Assembly (NCBI GenBank): GCA_040756235.1
Contig: JBFLZG010000084.1
Location: 42,316 to 106,315 of the forward strand
Source: a bacterium
Lineage (GTDB): Bacteria > Desulfobacterota > DSWW01
Length of the DNA stretch: 64,000 bases
Direction of reading: 5' to 3'
The notes beneath the pieces are model-generated. The model ran no database searches. It worked only from the letters and a program-made list of their open reading frames with translations, and was not told the origin of the DNA. The stretch's first letter is position 1. Every line of letters starts with the position of its first letter. A program made the position numbers and the translations under genes. Below, piece after piece: positions 35,731 to 45,174 of the stretch.

Positions 35731-38454
35731 ATGCCGGCGGAGGCCGAAGTAGGCATGCCGATGCCCCGTAGACTGTTGCCACTCTTGAGCGGGGTGCTCC
35801 ACCGGGTGCAAGGGCTCGCACGCCGGCTCTGGGAAGGGCTCCTCGTCTTTCTCGAAGTGATCGGCCTCCGTCCGGAAAAGCCTCCGGACCCTGCGCTCCA
35901 GCTCGCCCGCTTCAAGCTCTATCACGCCGAGTTCCGCAAGCTCCTGGCCGCCAACAACAGCTTTCTGGAGATCACCGCCGAGCTGGGACAGAAGCGCCTG
36001 GAGGGCGGCCCGATCGACCGCGCCTACGTGCAGCGCAAGGCCGTCCGCGCCGTCACCGACATCCACACCATGGTGGAGAGCGTCAACGCCATCTCGACCG
36101 GCAGGTATCCGGGGGTGCGCGAGGCCTTTGACCGGATCGCGAGCGAGCTGACCTCCGTCCTGCAAACGGAAAGCCCCTCGGAGAGCGCGGAGCTCGTGCT
36201 TGAGATGCCGACCATCCACGCCGGCCACGCCGACCTCGTAGGCGGCAAGATGGCGAATCTGGGCGAGCTGCGCAACCGCCTGCAGCTGCCTGTGCCCGAC
36301 GGCTTCGCGGTGACGACCGAAGGCTTCCGTCTCGCTCTGGAGGAGGGCGGGATCTGGTCCTGGATCCAGAGCGAGCATCTGGATTTGCTGTCGGCCGACG
36401 ACCTCGAAACCTGGAGCCGCAACCTCCGGGAGCAGATTCGAGGGCTCCCCATCCCCCGTCTCCTGGAACGGGAGATCCTGCTGGCCTATGACCGGATGGC
36501 CGCCCGGATCGGAGGTGAGCCGCGTCTTGCGGTCCGCTCCAGTGCGCTCGGCGAGGACGGCGACCTCTCGTTCGCAGGTCAGTTTCTAACCATCCTCAAC
36601 GTGTCCAGGGAGGGGCTGCTCGACGCCTACCGACAGGTGCTGGCCAGCCTCTTCTCGCCGGAGGCGGTCCACTACAGGCTCCTGCACGGGGTGCCCGGGG
36701 AGTCCGCGGAAATGGCCGTGGGCGTGGTCGCCATGATTGAAGCGGTCGCCAGCGGCGTCATCTTCTCACGGGACCCCAGCAGGCCGGACGCCGACGAGGT
36801 CCTGATCCAGGCCATCCGCGGCCTTGGGGTCGCGCTGGCGGAGGGGAGCGCTTTTCCCGAAGAGATCCGCGTGCCCCGGGGGGACGGGCCGGGCCGGCTG
36901 GTGCGGACCCCGGCGGCCCAGGCGGCACGCATCGTTTCCAGCCGCGGGGCCGGTCTTCAGGAAGCGGTCCTCGATCCCGAGGAGGCGGCCCTGCCTTGCA
37001 TCACCGATGAGGAATCGGCCCTGCTTGCCCGCTGGGCCGTCCGGCTGGAGTCCCACTTCCACGGACCTCAGGACGTGGAGTGGGCCATGGGAGCGGACCG
37101 TAAGATCGTCCTGCTGCAGGCAAGGCCCCTGCGTCTGGCCGCACGCGGGCGGGCCAGGGCGGAGCGCCCTTTGCCCGGCTTTCGCCTGCTCCTGGAAGGG
37201 GGCGAGACGGCCTGCCCGGGGGTCGGCGCCGGTCGCGCGGTCCACATGGACGAGAACGACCCCATGGACTCCTTCCCGCAAGGCGGCGTGCTCGTGGCCC
37301 GGAGGTCTTCGCCCCGGTTCGTCCGAGTCCTCTCCAGGGCCGGGGCCGTGGTCACGGACGCGGGCAGCACGACCGGGCACATGGCTTCGCTGGCGCGCGA
37401 GCTGCGGGTCCCTGCGCTCCTCAACACCCGGACCGCGACTCGCTCCATTCCGGAAGGGTCCCTCGTTACGGTGGACGCCACGAGCGGCTTCGTATACGAG
37501 GGAGAGATTCCGGCCCTCGCGGCCCTCGGAGAGTCTACGGTGCCCGATTCCCCGCCCCCGTCCCCGCTGCAGGCCAGGGGACGGACGCCCGCCGGCGATC
37601 TGCTGGAACAGATCCTGGAACGGATTTCCCCTCTGAACCTGGCCGACCCCCGTTCCGCCTCCTTCACCCCGGAACGGTGCCGTACGCTTCACGATCTGGC
37701 GCGCTACATCCACGAGAGGTCCTACGCCGAGATGTTCGGGATGGGCGGCAAGCTGGGGGACGCGCGCAGCTCGAGCTTCCAGCTGGACGTCTTCCTGCCC
37801 ATCGATCTCTACATCATCGATCTCGGCGGCGGGCTCGAGCAAGGGGTTTCCGGCCGCAAGGTCAAGCCTTCCCAGATCGTGTCGGTCCCTCTATCGGCCT
37901 TTCTCCGCGGCATGTTGAACGAGCGGATTCCCAGGTTCGGGCCCAGGCCGATGGACGTGGGCGGCTTCTTTTCCGTGATGATGCGCCACGCTACGACCAA
38001 TCCCGAGCAGGACGCGACCTTTTCGGACCCGTGCTATGCCTTGATCTCGGACTCTTATCTGAACTACACGGCCCGGGTGGGATACCATTTCAGCGTGGTG
38101 GATGCTTACTGCAGCAGCAGCGCCAACAAGAACTACATCAACCTGCTTTTCCGCGGCGGCGCGGCGGACGGCGTCCGCAGGAACCGCCGCGTCCGGGCGA
38201 TCGCCGGGGTCCTCGGCAGGAAAGGCTTTTCCGTGGACGTCCGGCAGGACACGGTCACGGCCCGGCTGAACAAGGCGTCTGCGGAAGAGTCCACGGCCAG
38301 CCTGGAGATGATCGGCGCGGCGTTCCAGTTCTTCCGTCAGATGGACGTCGCCATGGTGGACGAAGAATCCGTGCGGCTGTTCGAGGAGGCATTCATCAGC
38401 GGAGACTACGAGCTGAAGGAGGTCAAAGGGGAAGGGTCGGAATTGAAGGCATAA
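35731..38454 (+). CDS. PEP-synthase-like enzyme (ATP-grasp domain + mobile His domain, atypical C-terminus)
   Basis: VGGKMANLGEL, AVRSSALGED, SFAGQF, QDVEW, LLQARPL; TGHMASLARE phospho-His motif; no PEP-binding barrel. Start 35731-35761. Confidence 0.88.
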   Translation: MPAEAEVGMPMPRRLLPLLSGVLHRVQGLARRLWEGLLVFLEVIGLRPEKPPDPALQLARFKLYHAEFRKLLAANNSFLEITAELGQKRLEGGPIDRAYVQRKAVRAVTDIHTMVESVNAISTGRYPGVREAFDRIASELTSVLQTESPSESAELVLEMPTIHAGHADLVGGKMANLGELRNRLQLPVPDGFAVTTEGFRLALEEGGIWSWIQSEHLDLLSADDLETWSRNLREQIRGLPIPRLLEREILLAYDRMAARIGGEPRLAVRSSALGEDGDLSFAGQFLTILNVSREGLLDAYRQVLASLFSPEAVHYRLLHGVPGESAEMAVGVVAMIEAVASGVIFSRDPSRPDADEVLIQAIRGLGVALAEGSAFPEEIRVPRGDGPGRLVRTPAAQAARIVSSRGAGLQEAVLDPEEAALPCITDEESALLARWAVRLESHFHGPQDVEWAMGADRKIVLLQARPLRLAARGRARAERPLPGFRLLLEGGETACPGVGAGRAVHMDENDPMDSFPQGGVLVARRSSPRFVRVLSRAGAVVTDAGSTTGHMASLARELRVPALLNTRTATRSIPEGSLVTVDATSGFVYEGEIPALAALGESTVPDSPPPSPLQARGRTPAGDLLEQILERISPLNLADPRSASFTPERCRTLHDLARYIHERSYAEMFGMGGKLGDARSSSFQLDVFLPIDLYIIDLGGGLEQGVSGRKVKPSQIVSVPLSAFLRGMLNERIPRFGPRPMDVGGFFSVMMRHATTNPEQDATFSDPCYALISDSYLNYTARVGYHFSVVDAYCSSSANKNYINLLFRGGAADGVRRNRRVRAIAGVLGRKGFSVDVRQDTVTARLNKASAEESTASLEMIGAAFQFFRQMDVAMVDEESVRLFEEAFISGDYELKEVKGEGSELKA

Positions 38455-38546
38455 GAAGACCGACGCCCCTCTACGAAAGAGGGGCGGAGAATGCGCAGCC
38501 GATCTTCCATCCTATCGACAGCCTCAAAAAAGGGGGGAGTTCTTTC

Positions 38547-38966
38547 TCACTCCCTGCGGCTTGCGTGGGCCAGCTCGCGCTGGATCGTCTTCCACTCCTG
38601 CGCGTTCTCGATCGCCGAGACGAGCGTCTCGACGGGACAGGGCTTGAGAAAGACCTCGGTCGCCCCGCCTTTCAGGGCCCTTCGGGTCCGCTCCAGATCG
38701 ATGTGGCCGGTCAGCAGGAGCACCGGAGTCAGCGCGTCCCCCTTGCGAATCTGCTCCAGGGTCGCCAGGCCGTCCATGCCGGGCATTCTCACGTCCAGAA
38801 GGATCACGTCGAATTCCTCGCCCGACGTTAGGGCCAGGGCCGTCTTGCCGTCGTGAGCGCACTGCACCGCCATGCCCCGCCGGGTGAGAACTTTTTCCAG
38901 GGATCTCACGAAGGCGACTTCGTCGTCCACCAGCAGGACGCGGATCGCAGCGGGCATCGGGCTCAC
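38547..38966 (-). CDS. Single-domain response regulator
   Basis: LLVDDE, LDVRMPGMDG, LTGH, KP. Confidence 0.92.
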   Translation of the reverse strand: MSPMPAAIRVLLVDDEVAFVRSLEKVLTRRGMAVQCAHDGKTALALTSGEEFDVILLDVRMPGMDGLATLEQIRKGDALTPVLLLTGHIDLERTRRALKGGATEVFLKPCPVETLVSAIENAQEWKTIQRELAHASRRE

Positions 38967-39886
38967 CTCTGCTGCCGGAGGATGCTGACGATTTCGAAAA
39001 ACAGGTCCTGTTCGCGCACCACGCCGACCGGCTGGTCCTCCTCCACGGCCAGCAGCCGCGGCACCCGCAGCCGGAGAAGGCGATGGGCGGCCTCCATCAG
39101 GTCGGCGTTCGATTGGATGAGGGGCGGAACATCCGACATGAGGGCGCGGACCGGCAGCCGGAGCATCTCCTGCACCATGATGGTGAACATGCCGCCGTGG
39201 CTCGGCGGCTCCCGGGCCTCGGCTTGCTCCGGCATCGGCTCTGCCCCGCTGCCGCCGCGCAGTTCAGGCGGCTGCAGACCCCGGAGGACATCGTGGAAGC
39301 TCAGGACGCCCAGGACCTTGCCGCGCTGGTCCAGGACGAGAATCGACCGGTGGACGGTTTCGTGCAGGCTGCTGGTGACCATGGCCCTGGCAAAGGACCG
39401 CGCGACCGTCTCGATCGCCTCGGCCACGGTGCGGTCATGGCGGATCGTGCTGAACTCGTGCAGGGGCACCATGATGTCCCTGACCCGGCGCTCGTCCCCG
39501 GACAGGGCGCGCCGCCCCTTGCATGCCTCCTGGATCTTGCAGGCGAGCAGGTCGATGTCACAGGGCTTGGAGAGATAGTCGAAGATGCCGTCCTGCAACC
39601 CTGACAGCGCCGCCTCGTAGGAGCCGTGGGCCGTCAGGAGGATGACCTGCTGGTCCGGCCGGATGCGCCTGACCTCATGGAGGGTCTGGACCCCGTCCAT
39701 GCCGGGCATCTTGAGATCGAGGACCATGACGTCGAAGGAGTCTTTCTGCACGGCTTCCACGGCCGCAGACCCGTCGGCAGCGCCTGCCACGGAAAATCCC
39801 CTCTTCCTCAGAATCGATGCGGTCGTGGTGAGGAAACGCTCCTCGTCATCGACCAGGAGGACCCGAATCGGTTGACTCCCTTGCAT
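38963..39886 (-). CDS. Response regulator with C-terminal CBS pair
   Basis: REC domain then VRDIMVP...VLGVLS...VRALM...VGVVREQDL. Confidence 0.88.
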   Translation of the reverse strand: MQGSQPIRVLLVDDEERFLTTTASILRKRGFSVAGAADGSAAVEAVQKDSFDVMVLDLKMPGMDGVQTLHEVRRIRPDQQVILLTAHGSYEAALSGLQDGIFDYLSKPCDIDLLACKIQEACKGRRALSGDERRVRDIMVPLHEFSTIRHDRTVAEAIETVARSFARAMVTSSLHETVHRSILVLDQRGKVLGVLSFHDVLRGLQPPELRGGSGAEPMPEQAEAREPPSHGGMFTIMVQEMLRLPVRALMSDVPPLIQSNADLMEAAHRLLRLRVPRLLAVEEDQPVGVVREQDLFFEIVSILRQQR

Positions 39887-39953
39887 GACGATCTCCCTTT
39901 CGCCTTTCCGAGAGACGGCCAGGGCGGCGGATCCGAGACCTCCGCACCGACCC

Positions 39954-40421
39954 TCAGTCCTGTTCGTCTTCGTCGGAGCCCTTGCCGAATACCGACATGG
40001 GGCTGCTGACGATCCGGTGGATCTTGGCCTTGCGCGCCTTTTCCTCCGCGGACTGCTTCTTGGAGAGAGCCTCTTCCGCCTTGGCCAGCAGGTCCGGGAT
40101 GTCGACCGGTTTCATCACGTAGTCGAAGGCGCCCAGCTTCAGCCCCTCCACCGCGGATTCGACCGAGGCGTGGCCCGTGAGCAGAATGACCTCCACGAGC
40201 TCATGCTTCTGTTTGATCCGGCGCAGCACCTCCACGCCGTCCATTCCCGGCATCTTCACGTCCAGGACCACCACGTCGAACGGCCGGCTTGCCAGAATCT
40301 CCAGCGCATCCGGTCCGTTCGTGGCGGTGGCCGTCTCCACCCCCCGCTTCTCCAGCAGGATTCGGGTGGTCGCCAGGAAGCGCTCCTCATCGTCCACCAG
40401 CAGTAAACGCATCCTGCTCAT
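39954..40421 (-). CDS. Single-domain response regulator
   Basis: LLVDDE, LDVKMPGMDG, LTGH, DYVMKP. Confidence 0.92.
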   Translation of the reverse strand: MSRMRLLLVDDEERFLATTRILLEKRGVETATATNGPDALEILASRPFDVVVLDVKMPGMDGVEVLRRIKQKHELVEVILLTGHASVESAVEGLKLGAFDYVMKPVDIPDLLAKAEEALSKKQSAEEKARKAKIHRIVSSPMSVFGKGSDEDEQD

Positions 40422-40431
40422 TGCGATCTCC

Positions 40432-42174
40432 TCAGGTGTCGTGTATCGGGTGTCGAGTGTCGGGTGTCGAGTGTCGAGTGTCAGCCCGCGCAGCCGGCCC
40501 TCCCACAGGCAGGTGAACGGTGAAGACGCTCCCCGCGTTCAACTCGCTCGATACGGTGATTCGGCCTCCGAGCCGCTCGACGATGCCGTAGCAGGTGCTC
40601 AGGCCGAGCCCGGTGCCCTGTCCCACCGGCTTGGTGGTAAAGAAGGGCATGAAAATCTTCTCGAGGTTCTCCTGAGGGATCCCGCATCCGTTGTCCGCAA
40701 TCGAGACGGTCACCTGTCCGTCCTGGCCGCCCGCGGCGGTCACGCGGATCTGAGCGTCCGGCCTGCCGCGGACGGCATAGAGGGCGTTGTTGAGCAGGTT
40801 CAGGAAGACCTGCTGCAACTGACCCGGGTCGGTGTTCAGAGCCGGCAGTCCCTGATCGTTCTTCTCCACGATGCGGACGTTTTCCAGCAGCGCCCTGTGC
40901 TCCACCATGGCGACGACCTCGTGGAGGAAGACGGGCAGCTCGATCGGTTGCAGGGTTGCCTCTGCCTTCCGGGCGAATTTCAGGAGCCCCTGCGTGATTT
41001 GCTTGCACCGGTCGATCTGCAGGTTGATCTGATCCGCCGAGTCCCGGACCTGAGCGAGGTCGTCAGGGTTTGGCGCCTCGTTGCGGGTTGCGGAGTCTTG
41101 GAGGATCTCGCAGATCAGCGTGTACTCGGATTTCATGACCTGCAAGGGATTGTTGATTTCGTGGGCCACCCCGGCGCTCATCTCGCCCAACTCCGCCAGC
41201 CTGCCGGCCATGATCAGCTGGCTGCCCATCTCGCGCTTTTCCAGATCCGCGATCCTGAGCTTGTTGGCCAGGCCCGAGGCCAGGACGAACCCGATGAACA
41301 CCACGACCCCTCCTCCCAGCACGATGACGGCCACCGCGATCAGGACGGCCCGAATCAGAGGGGTGTACGCTTCGGCCGCCTCCTGACGGACCACCAGGAG
41401 CCACCCGGTCTGCCGCAGGCGGCCCGTGGCGTACAGGTAGCGGCCGCCGGAGCGGTCCTTGCCGGAGAAGGACAGGATCTCGCGCGGCTCGCTGCGGTAA
41501 AGGGCGTGATCCGGATCGACCTCCATGAGCTCCCCGCCGGACCTGCGCGGGGTCTCGAAGACTCCCTCCTGGTTGATCAGGAACGCTTCGCCGGTCTTTC
41601 CCACGCGGATGCTTTCCACCAGGTCGTTGAAGAAGAGCGTGTCGATCGTGGCACGCAGGATCCACGTCCGGCCCCGGCTCTCCTGGCGGACCGCGATCAC
41701 GAAATGCGGGATGTTGCGGAAGCCCAGGAACACGTCGGAAATGTACACCGGCTTCTGCCGGACTTCCTGGAACCAGGTCGCCTGCGCGTAGTTCTTGCTC
41801 TTGAGGTTTTCGTAGGGGCCCGCATAGGCCACATGGTTTCCCTGTTCGTCGATGATGCCGAGATCGAGGAACGCCTGGGAGCCCTGCTGCAGCTTTTCCA
41901 GAGTGCGTTCCACAAGGCCCTCCTCGGCGAGGTCTTCGAAGCGCCACGAGGCGGCCACGTACTGCAGGTCAGCGGTCCGCTCATCCAGGAACTGCTCGAT
42001 GATCCTGCGGTGTCCGTCGACGATGCGGACGAGCTTGGCCGCAACTTGGTAGCGCAGATTGACGGCGAAGTGATAGACCAGGGTGCCGCACACGAGCAGA
42101 ACCACCACCAGCGGCGCCAGCAGGGCCTGTCTCAGAATCATGTTCCGGGTGCGCCGGAAGACCTCGGATCCCAT
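40432..42174 (-). CDS. Sensor histidine kinase (Cache domain, NtrB-like)
   Basis: 2 TM plus Cache; AHEINNPL, NLLNNA, DNGCG, FFTTK, GTGLGL. Confidence 0.92.
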   Translation of the reverse strand: MGSEVFRRTRNMILRQALLAPLVVVLLVCGTLVYHFAVNLRYQVAAKLVRIVDGHRRIIEQFLDERTADLQYVAASWRFEDLAEEGLVERTLEKLQQGSQAFLDLGIIDEQGNHVAYAGPYENLKSKNYAQATWFQEVRQKPVYISDVFLGFRNIPHFVIAVRQESRGRTWILRATIDTLFFNDLVESIRVGKTGEAFLINQEGVFETPRRSGGELMEVDPDHALYRSEPREILSFSGKDRSGGRYLYATGRLRQTGWLLVVRQEAAEAYTPLIRAVLIAVAVIVLGGGVVVFIGFVLASGLANKLRIADLEKREMGSQLIMAGRLAELGEMSAGVAHEINNPLQVMKSEYTLICEILQDSATRNEAPNPDDLAQVRDSADQINLQIDRCKQITQGLLKFARKAEATLQPIELPVFLHEVVAMVEHRALLENVRIVEKNDQGLPALNTDPGQLQQVFLNLLNNALYAVRGRPDAQIRVTAAGGQDGQVTVSIADNGCGIPQENLEKIFMPFFTTKPVGQGTGLGLSTCYGIVERLGGRITVSSELNAGSVFTVHLPVGGPAARADTRHSTPDTRHPIHDT

Positions 42175-42234
42175 GAGCTGCCGTCTCCCAGATGGGGTCA
42201 CGCCACTGTAAACCGGATGCAGCTTGAAGCTGTC

Positions 42235-42312
42235 GGGAGATTGCGAGCGTAGCGAAGCAACCTCCCTGGCCCCGGGGGTTGCTTCGGTCGCCTTTGGCTC
42301 CCTCGCAATGTC
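42235..42312. repeat. Palindromic repeat (ATTGCGAG...CTCGCAAT type)
   Basis: GATTGCGAGCGTAGCGAAGCAACC...GGTTGCTTCG...CTCGCAAT; shares ATTGCGAG/GCGAAGCAACC words with the 23.5-kb tandem unit. Confidence 0.6.
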
Positions 42313-42386
42313 CGCAACATTTCGTGTCCGTCCGCGCTCCGCCCGCTCCATGCGGGTTTGGCTGCGGATGAGGCCGTGTCTCTTTC

Positions 42387-42566
42387 GTCACCCCGGCGCA
42401 GGCCGGAATCCAGTCCCTGCTTCAACCGTTGTCCTTGATGCAGGCTCCTGGATCCCGGTTTGCACGCGCTCCGCACCTGGGCCGGGACGACGAAGTCGAG
42501 ACGGCCTCGCAGGCCCGAATGAGGCTTGGCTCTTCTCCGTCACCCCGGCGCAGGCCGGGGTCCAGC
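42387..42566. repeat. Pair of GTCAYCCCGGC...GCCGG...TCCAG REP-like palindromes
   Basis: GTCACCCCGGCGCAGGCCGGAATCCAG (42387) and GTCACCCCGGCGCAGGCCGGGGTCCAG (42539); related units at 63818-63929. Confidence 0.7.
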
Positions 42567-42624
42567 CCCTGCACCCGGTAATTGCCTGCGAATGACGGAG
42601 GAACTCCTTCCATCCCGTCGGCCT

Positions 42625-43113
42625 TCACGACCCCTTCTCCAGCTCCCTCAGGCGCCGCAGCGTGGCGAGCGCCGATTCGCCGCCGGCCGTCTGGAGGAGC
42701 TCGTCCAGGCGCTCCTCCCGGATCTTGGTCTTGTTCATGACCCGCTTCTTGTAAGCCTGGGCGAGCACTTCCAGGAGGCGCTCGAGCTCGCACGGCTTCT
42801 GCAGATAGTTGTAGGCGCCGCCCCGCGTGCACTCCACCGCGGAATCGATGGAGCCGTGCCCGGTCAGGATGACCACCTCCATCCAGGGGTGCTCCTTTTT
42901 CAGCGCCTCGAGGGTGGCCTCGCCGTTCATGCCCGGCATCTTCAGGTCGACCACGGCGACGTCGACCGGCTGTTGGCGGGCCGCCTCGAGCGCCTTCTCG
43001 CCGCGGTTGACGGCGATCACGTCGAAGCCGCGCACCGCCAGGCGCTTCCTCATCGACTCGAGGAACTGCTCCTCGTCATCCACGATCAGCAGATGGATCT
43101 TGTCTTCTTCCAT
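42625..43113 (-). CDS. Single-domain response regulator
   Basis: AAGGAG RBS; LIVDDE, VDLKMPGM, LTGHG, KP. Confidence 0.92.
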   Translation of the reverse strand: MEEDKIHLLIVDDEEQFLESMRKRLAVRGFDVIAVNRGEKALEAARQQPVDVAVVDLKMPGMNGEATLEALKKEHPWMEVVILTGHGSIDSAVECTRGGAYNYLQKPCELERLLEVLAQAYKKRVMNKTKIREERLDELLQTAGGESALATLRRLRELEKGS

Positions 43114-43140
43114 CGAAGGCTCCTTCACATCCTGTGACGG

Positions 43141-45174
43141 TCAGGGACTCAACCATTTCCAATAACCGAAAAAAGCCCAACCCCAGAGGACCGCGAAATT
43201 CAGGGCCAGGACGGCGGTGCCGTGGACCAGGAAGTCTCTCGGCGTCACCATCCGTTCCCCGGTTTCGGGGTCCCGGGCCAGGCTGTACACGATCGCGTTG
43301 CCCGGCGTCGCGATGACGAGCAGATTGGCGAACGAGGAGGCGAAGGCGACGGCCAGCCCCACCGCGATCGCCGAGGTCCCTGAGAGGGCGGCCAGGGGGG
43401 CGGCAACCGGCCCGACGGCCGCTACTGCGGCGCCGTCTCCCGTGAGGTTCGAAAGGAGGCCGGCCGCCAGGCTCGCCGCGACGCACAGCCCCGCGCCGGT
43501 CTCCATGAAATCCGGCAAGAGTTTCATGAAGGATTGAGCCATCCAGAGCGAGGCGCCGGTCGCGGCCAGCCCGGTGCCCACGGCCGTCGCCGCCGCGTAG
43601 ATGGCCACGATTTCCCAGTGGATGGAACGGATCTGGTCCCACCGGAGAACTCCCATGAAGTGGAGCACCACGAGCGCGAGGATCACCGGGCCGCCCATGC
43701 CGAACCGGTCGGAGACGGTCAACCAGAGCAGGACCAGCACGGCCAGCACGGCCGTGGTGCGGAGCTCCGCGGCGCTCATCGGCCCCATCTTCCGGGACTC
43801 TTTCCGCGCCTCGTCGGCCACGTTCAGCTTCCGGGCTTTGAGCGCTCTGCGGCAGATCAGGAGGAAATAGAGCCCCACGGTAATGGCTGCCGCGGGCACG
43901 AAGGGCAGCCCCAGCGCAACCCACTGCCCGAAAGAGACGTGGACCCCATGGTCCGAAAGGATACCCAGCAGGAGGGCATTGCGCCCTCCTGCGGCCGGGG
44001 AGCCGGGGCCTCCGAGGTTGGCCGCGTAAGCGAGCGCGAGGAACAGCGCGACCGCGAGAGATTTGCCCTTGCAGTCTCCCACCGTCCTGAAGCCGGCCTT
44101 GTAAGCGACCAGCAGCACCGGGGCCAGAAGCGCGATCAGCACGTGCCCGGGGAGGAACGAGGCCGCGACCGCCACCATGGGGACGGACAGGAGGAGGTGC
44201 TTGGGAACCGACGTGCCCGCCCGGAGCAGGAAGAAACCGATGCGCCGGTCCAGGCCGCTCGCGGACATGGCGGCGGCCAGGGCGAGCAGGCCGAACAGGA
44301 ACACGACCGAATCCTTGACAAAGGCCTGCGCCACCCGCTCCGGAGGCAGCACCTCCAGGAAGTACATGAGAGCGCCCGCCACGAGCGCCGTCACGCCGAC
44401 GGGCAGCGCGCCGGCAGCCCAGAACAGGACCGACACCGCGAGCACCCCGATCATGACCTGGGCGCGCCTGGCGGCCGCGCTGGCCGGCTCTGACCTCGGC
44501 CCGGTCGGCGCGCCTCCGGCCCCGGCCTCCGCCGGGTCGAGGCCCGCCGGCTCCGAAGCGAGGCCCGTGCTCAACGGAGGAGTCGCTCCGGCCCCTGCGC
44601 CGCCGGCGAGAAGACTCACCAGCCCCTCTGCCGGCGGCAGCAGGCAGAGAGCGGCCAGGATCAGGGCGCCCGCCAGGAGCACTCCTGGCCGGGCCTCGTG
44701 CCGGCCGACGAGCCGTTGCTTCAGGCTGCGGCTTCTCGCTCGCGCTCCGGGCGCGCGGCTCCGTTTCATCGCATAGATCCGTTCCTGGCGCGCTGCCTCG
44801 ATCCAGTCGATCATCTCATCCATGCCGCAGGGCTTGTGCATGTAGTGGAAGACGTCCAGCTTGCGAGCGTTGCGCGCGGCATCGTCGCTGCCGTGACCGG
44901 TCAGCATGATCACCTGCACCTCGGGCCGGAGCTTCTTGATCTCTCTGAGAGCCTGGAGGCCGTCCATCTTCGGCATCTTCTGGTCGAGGATGACCACCTC
45001 AGGACTTTCCCGGCGCACCGCCTTGACGGCGTCCGCGCCGTTGTCGACGTCGGTCACCTGATAGCCTCGGACCGACAGCTGCTTCTTCATGGCTGCCCGG
45101 AACGTGTCTTCGTCGTCGACGAGCAGCAGCTTCGGCGGTGCAGGCTCTTGCCGGCTTTCGACCTCAGCCGCCAT
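43141..45174 (-). CDS. Receiver domain fused to a DASS/SLC13-family anion transporter
   Basis: N-terminal REC (LLVDDE, LDQKMP, LTGHG, KP); multi-TM part with GGPGSPAAGGRNA and ATPGNAIVY. Confidence 0.85.
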   Translation of the reverse strand: MAAEVESRQEPAPPKLLLVDDEDTFRAAMKKQLSVRGYQVTDVDNGADAVKAVRRESPEVVILDQKMPKMDGLQALREIKKLRPEVQVIMLTGHGSDDAARNARKLDVFHYMHKPCGMDEMIDWIEAARQERIYAMKRSRAPGARARSRSLKQRLVGRHEARPGVLLAGALILAALCLLPPAEGLVSLLAGGAGAGATPPLSTGLASEPAGLDPAEAGAGGAPTGPRSEPASAAARRAQVMIGVLAVSVLFWAAGALPVGVTALVAGALMYFLEVLPPERVAQAFVKDSVVFLFGLLALAAAMSASGLDRRIGFFLLRAGTSVPKHLLLSVPMVAVAASFLPGHVLIALLAPVLLVAYKAGFRTVGDCKGKSLAVALFLALAYAANLGGPGSPAAGGRNALLLGILSDHGVHVSFGQWVALGLPFVPAAAITVGLYFLLICRRALKARKLNVADEARKESRKMGPMSAAELRTTAVLAVLVLLWLTVSDRFGMGGPVILALVVLHFMGVLRWDQIRSIHWEIVAIYAAATAVGTGLAATGASLWMAQSFMKLLPDFMETGAGLCVAASLAAGLLSNLTGDGAAVAAVGPVAAPLAALSGTSAIAVGLAVAFASSFANLLVIATPGNAIVYSLARDPETGERMVTPRDFLVHGTAVLALNFAVLWGWAFFGYWKWLSP

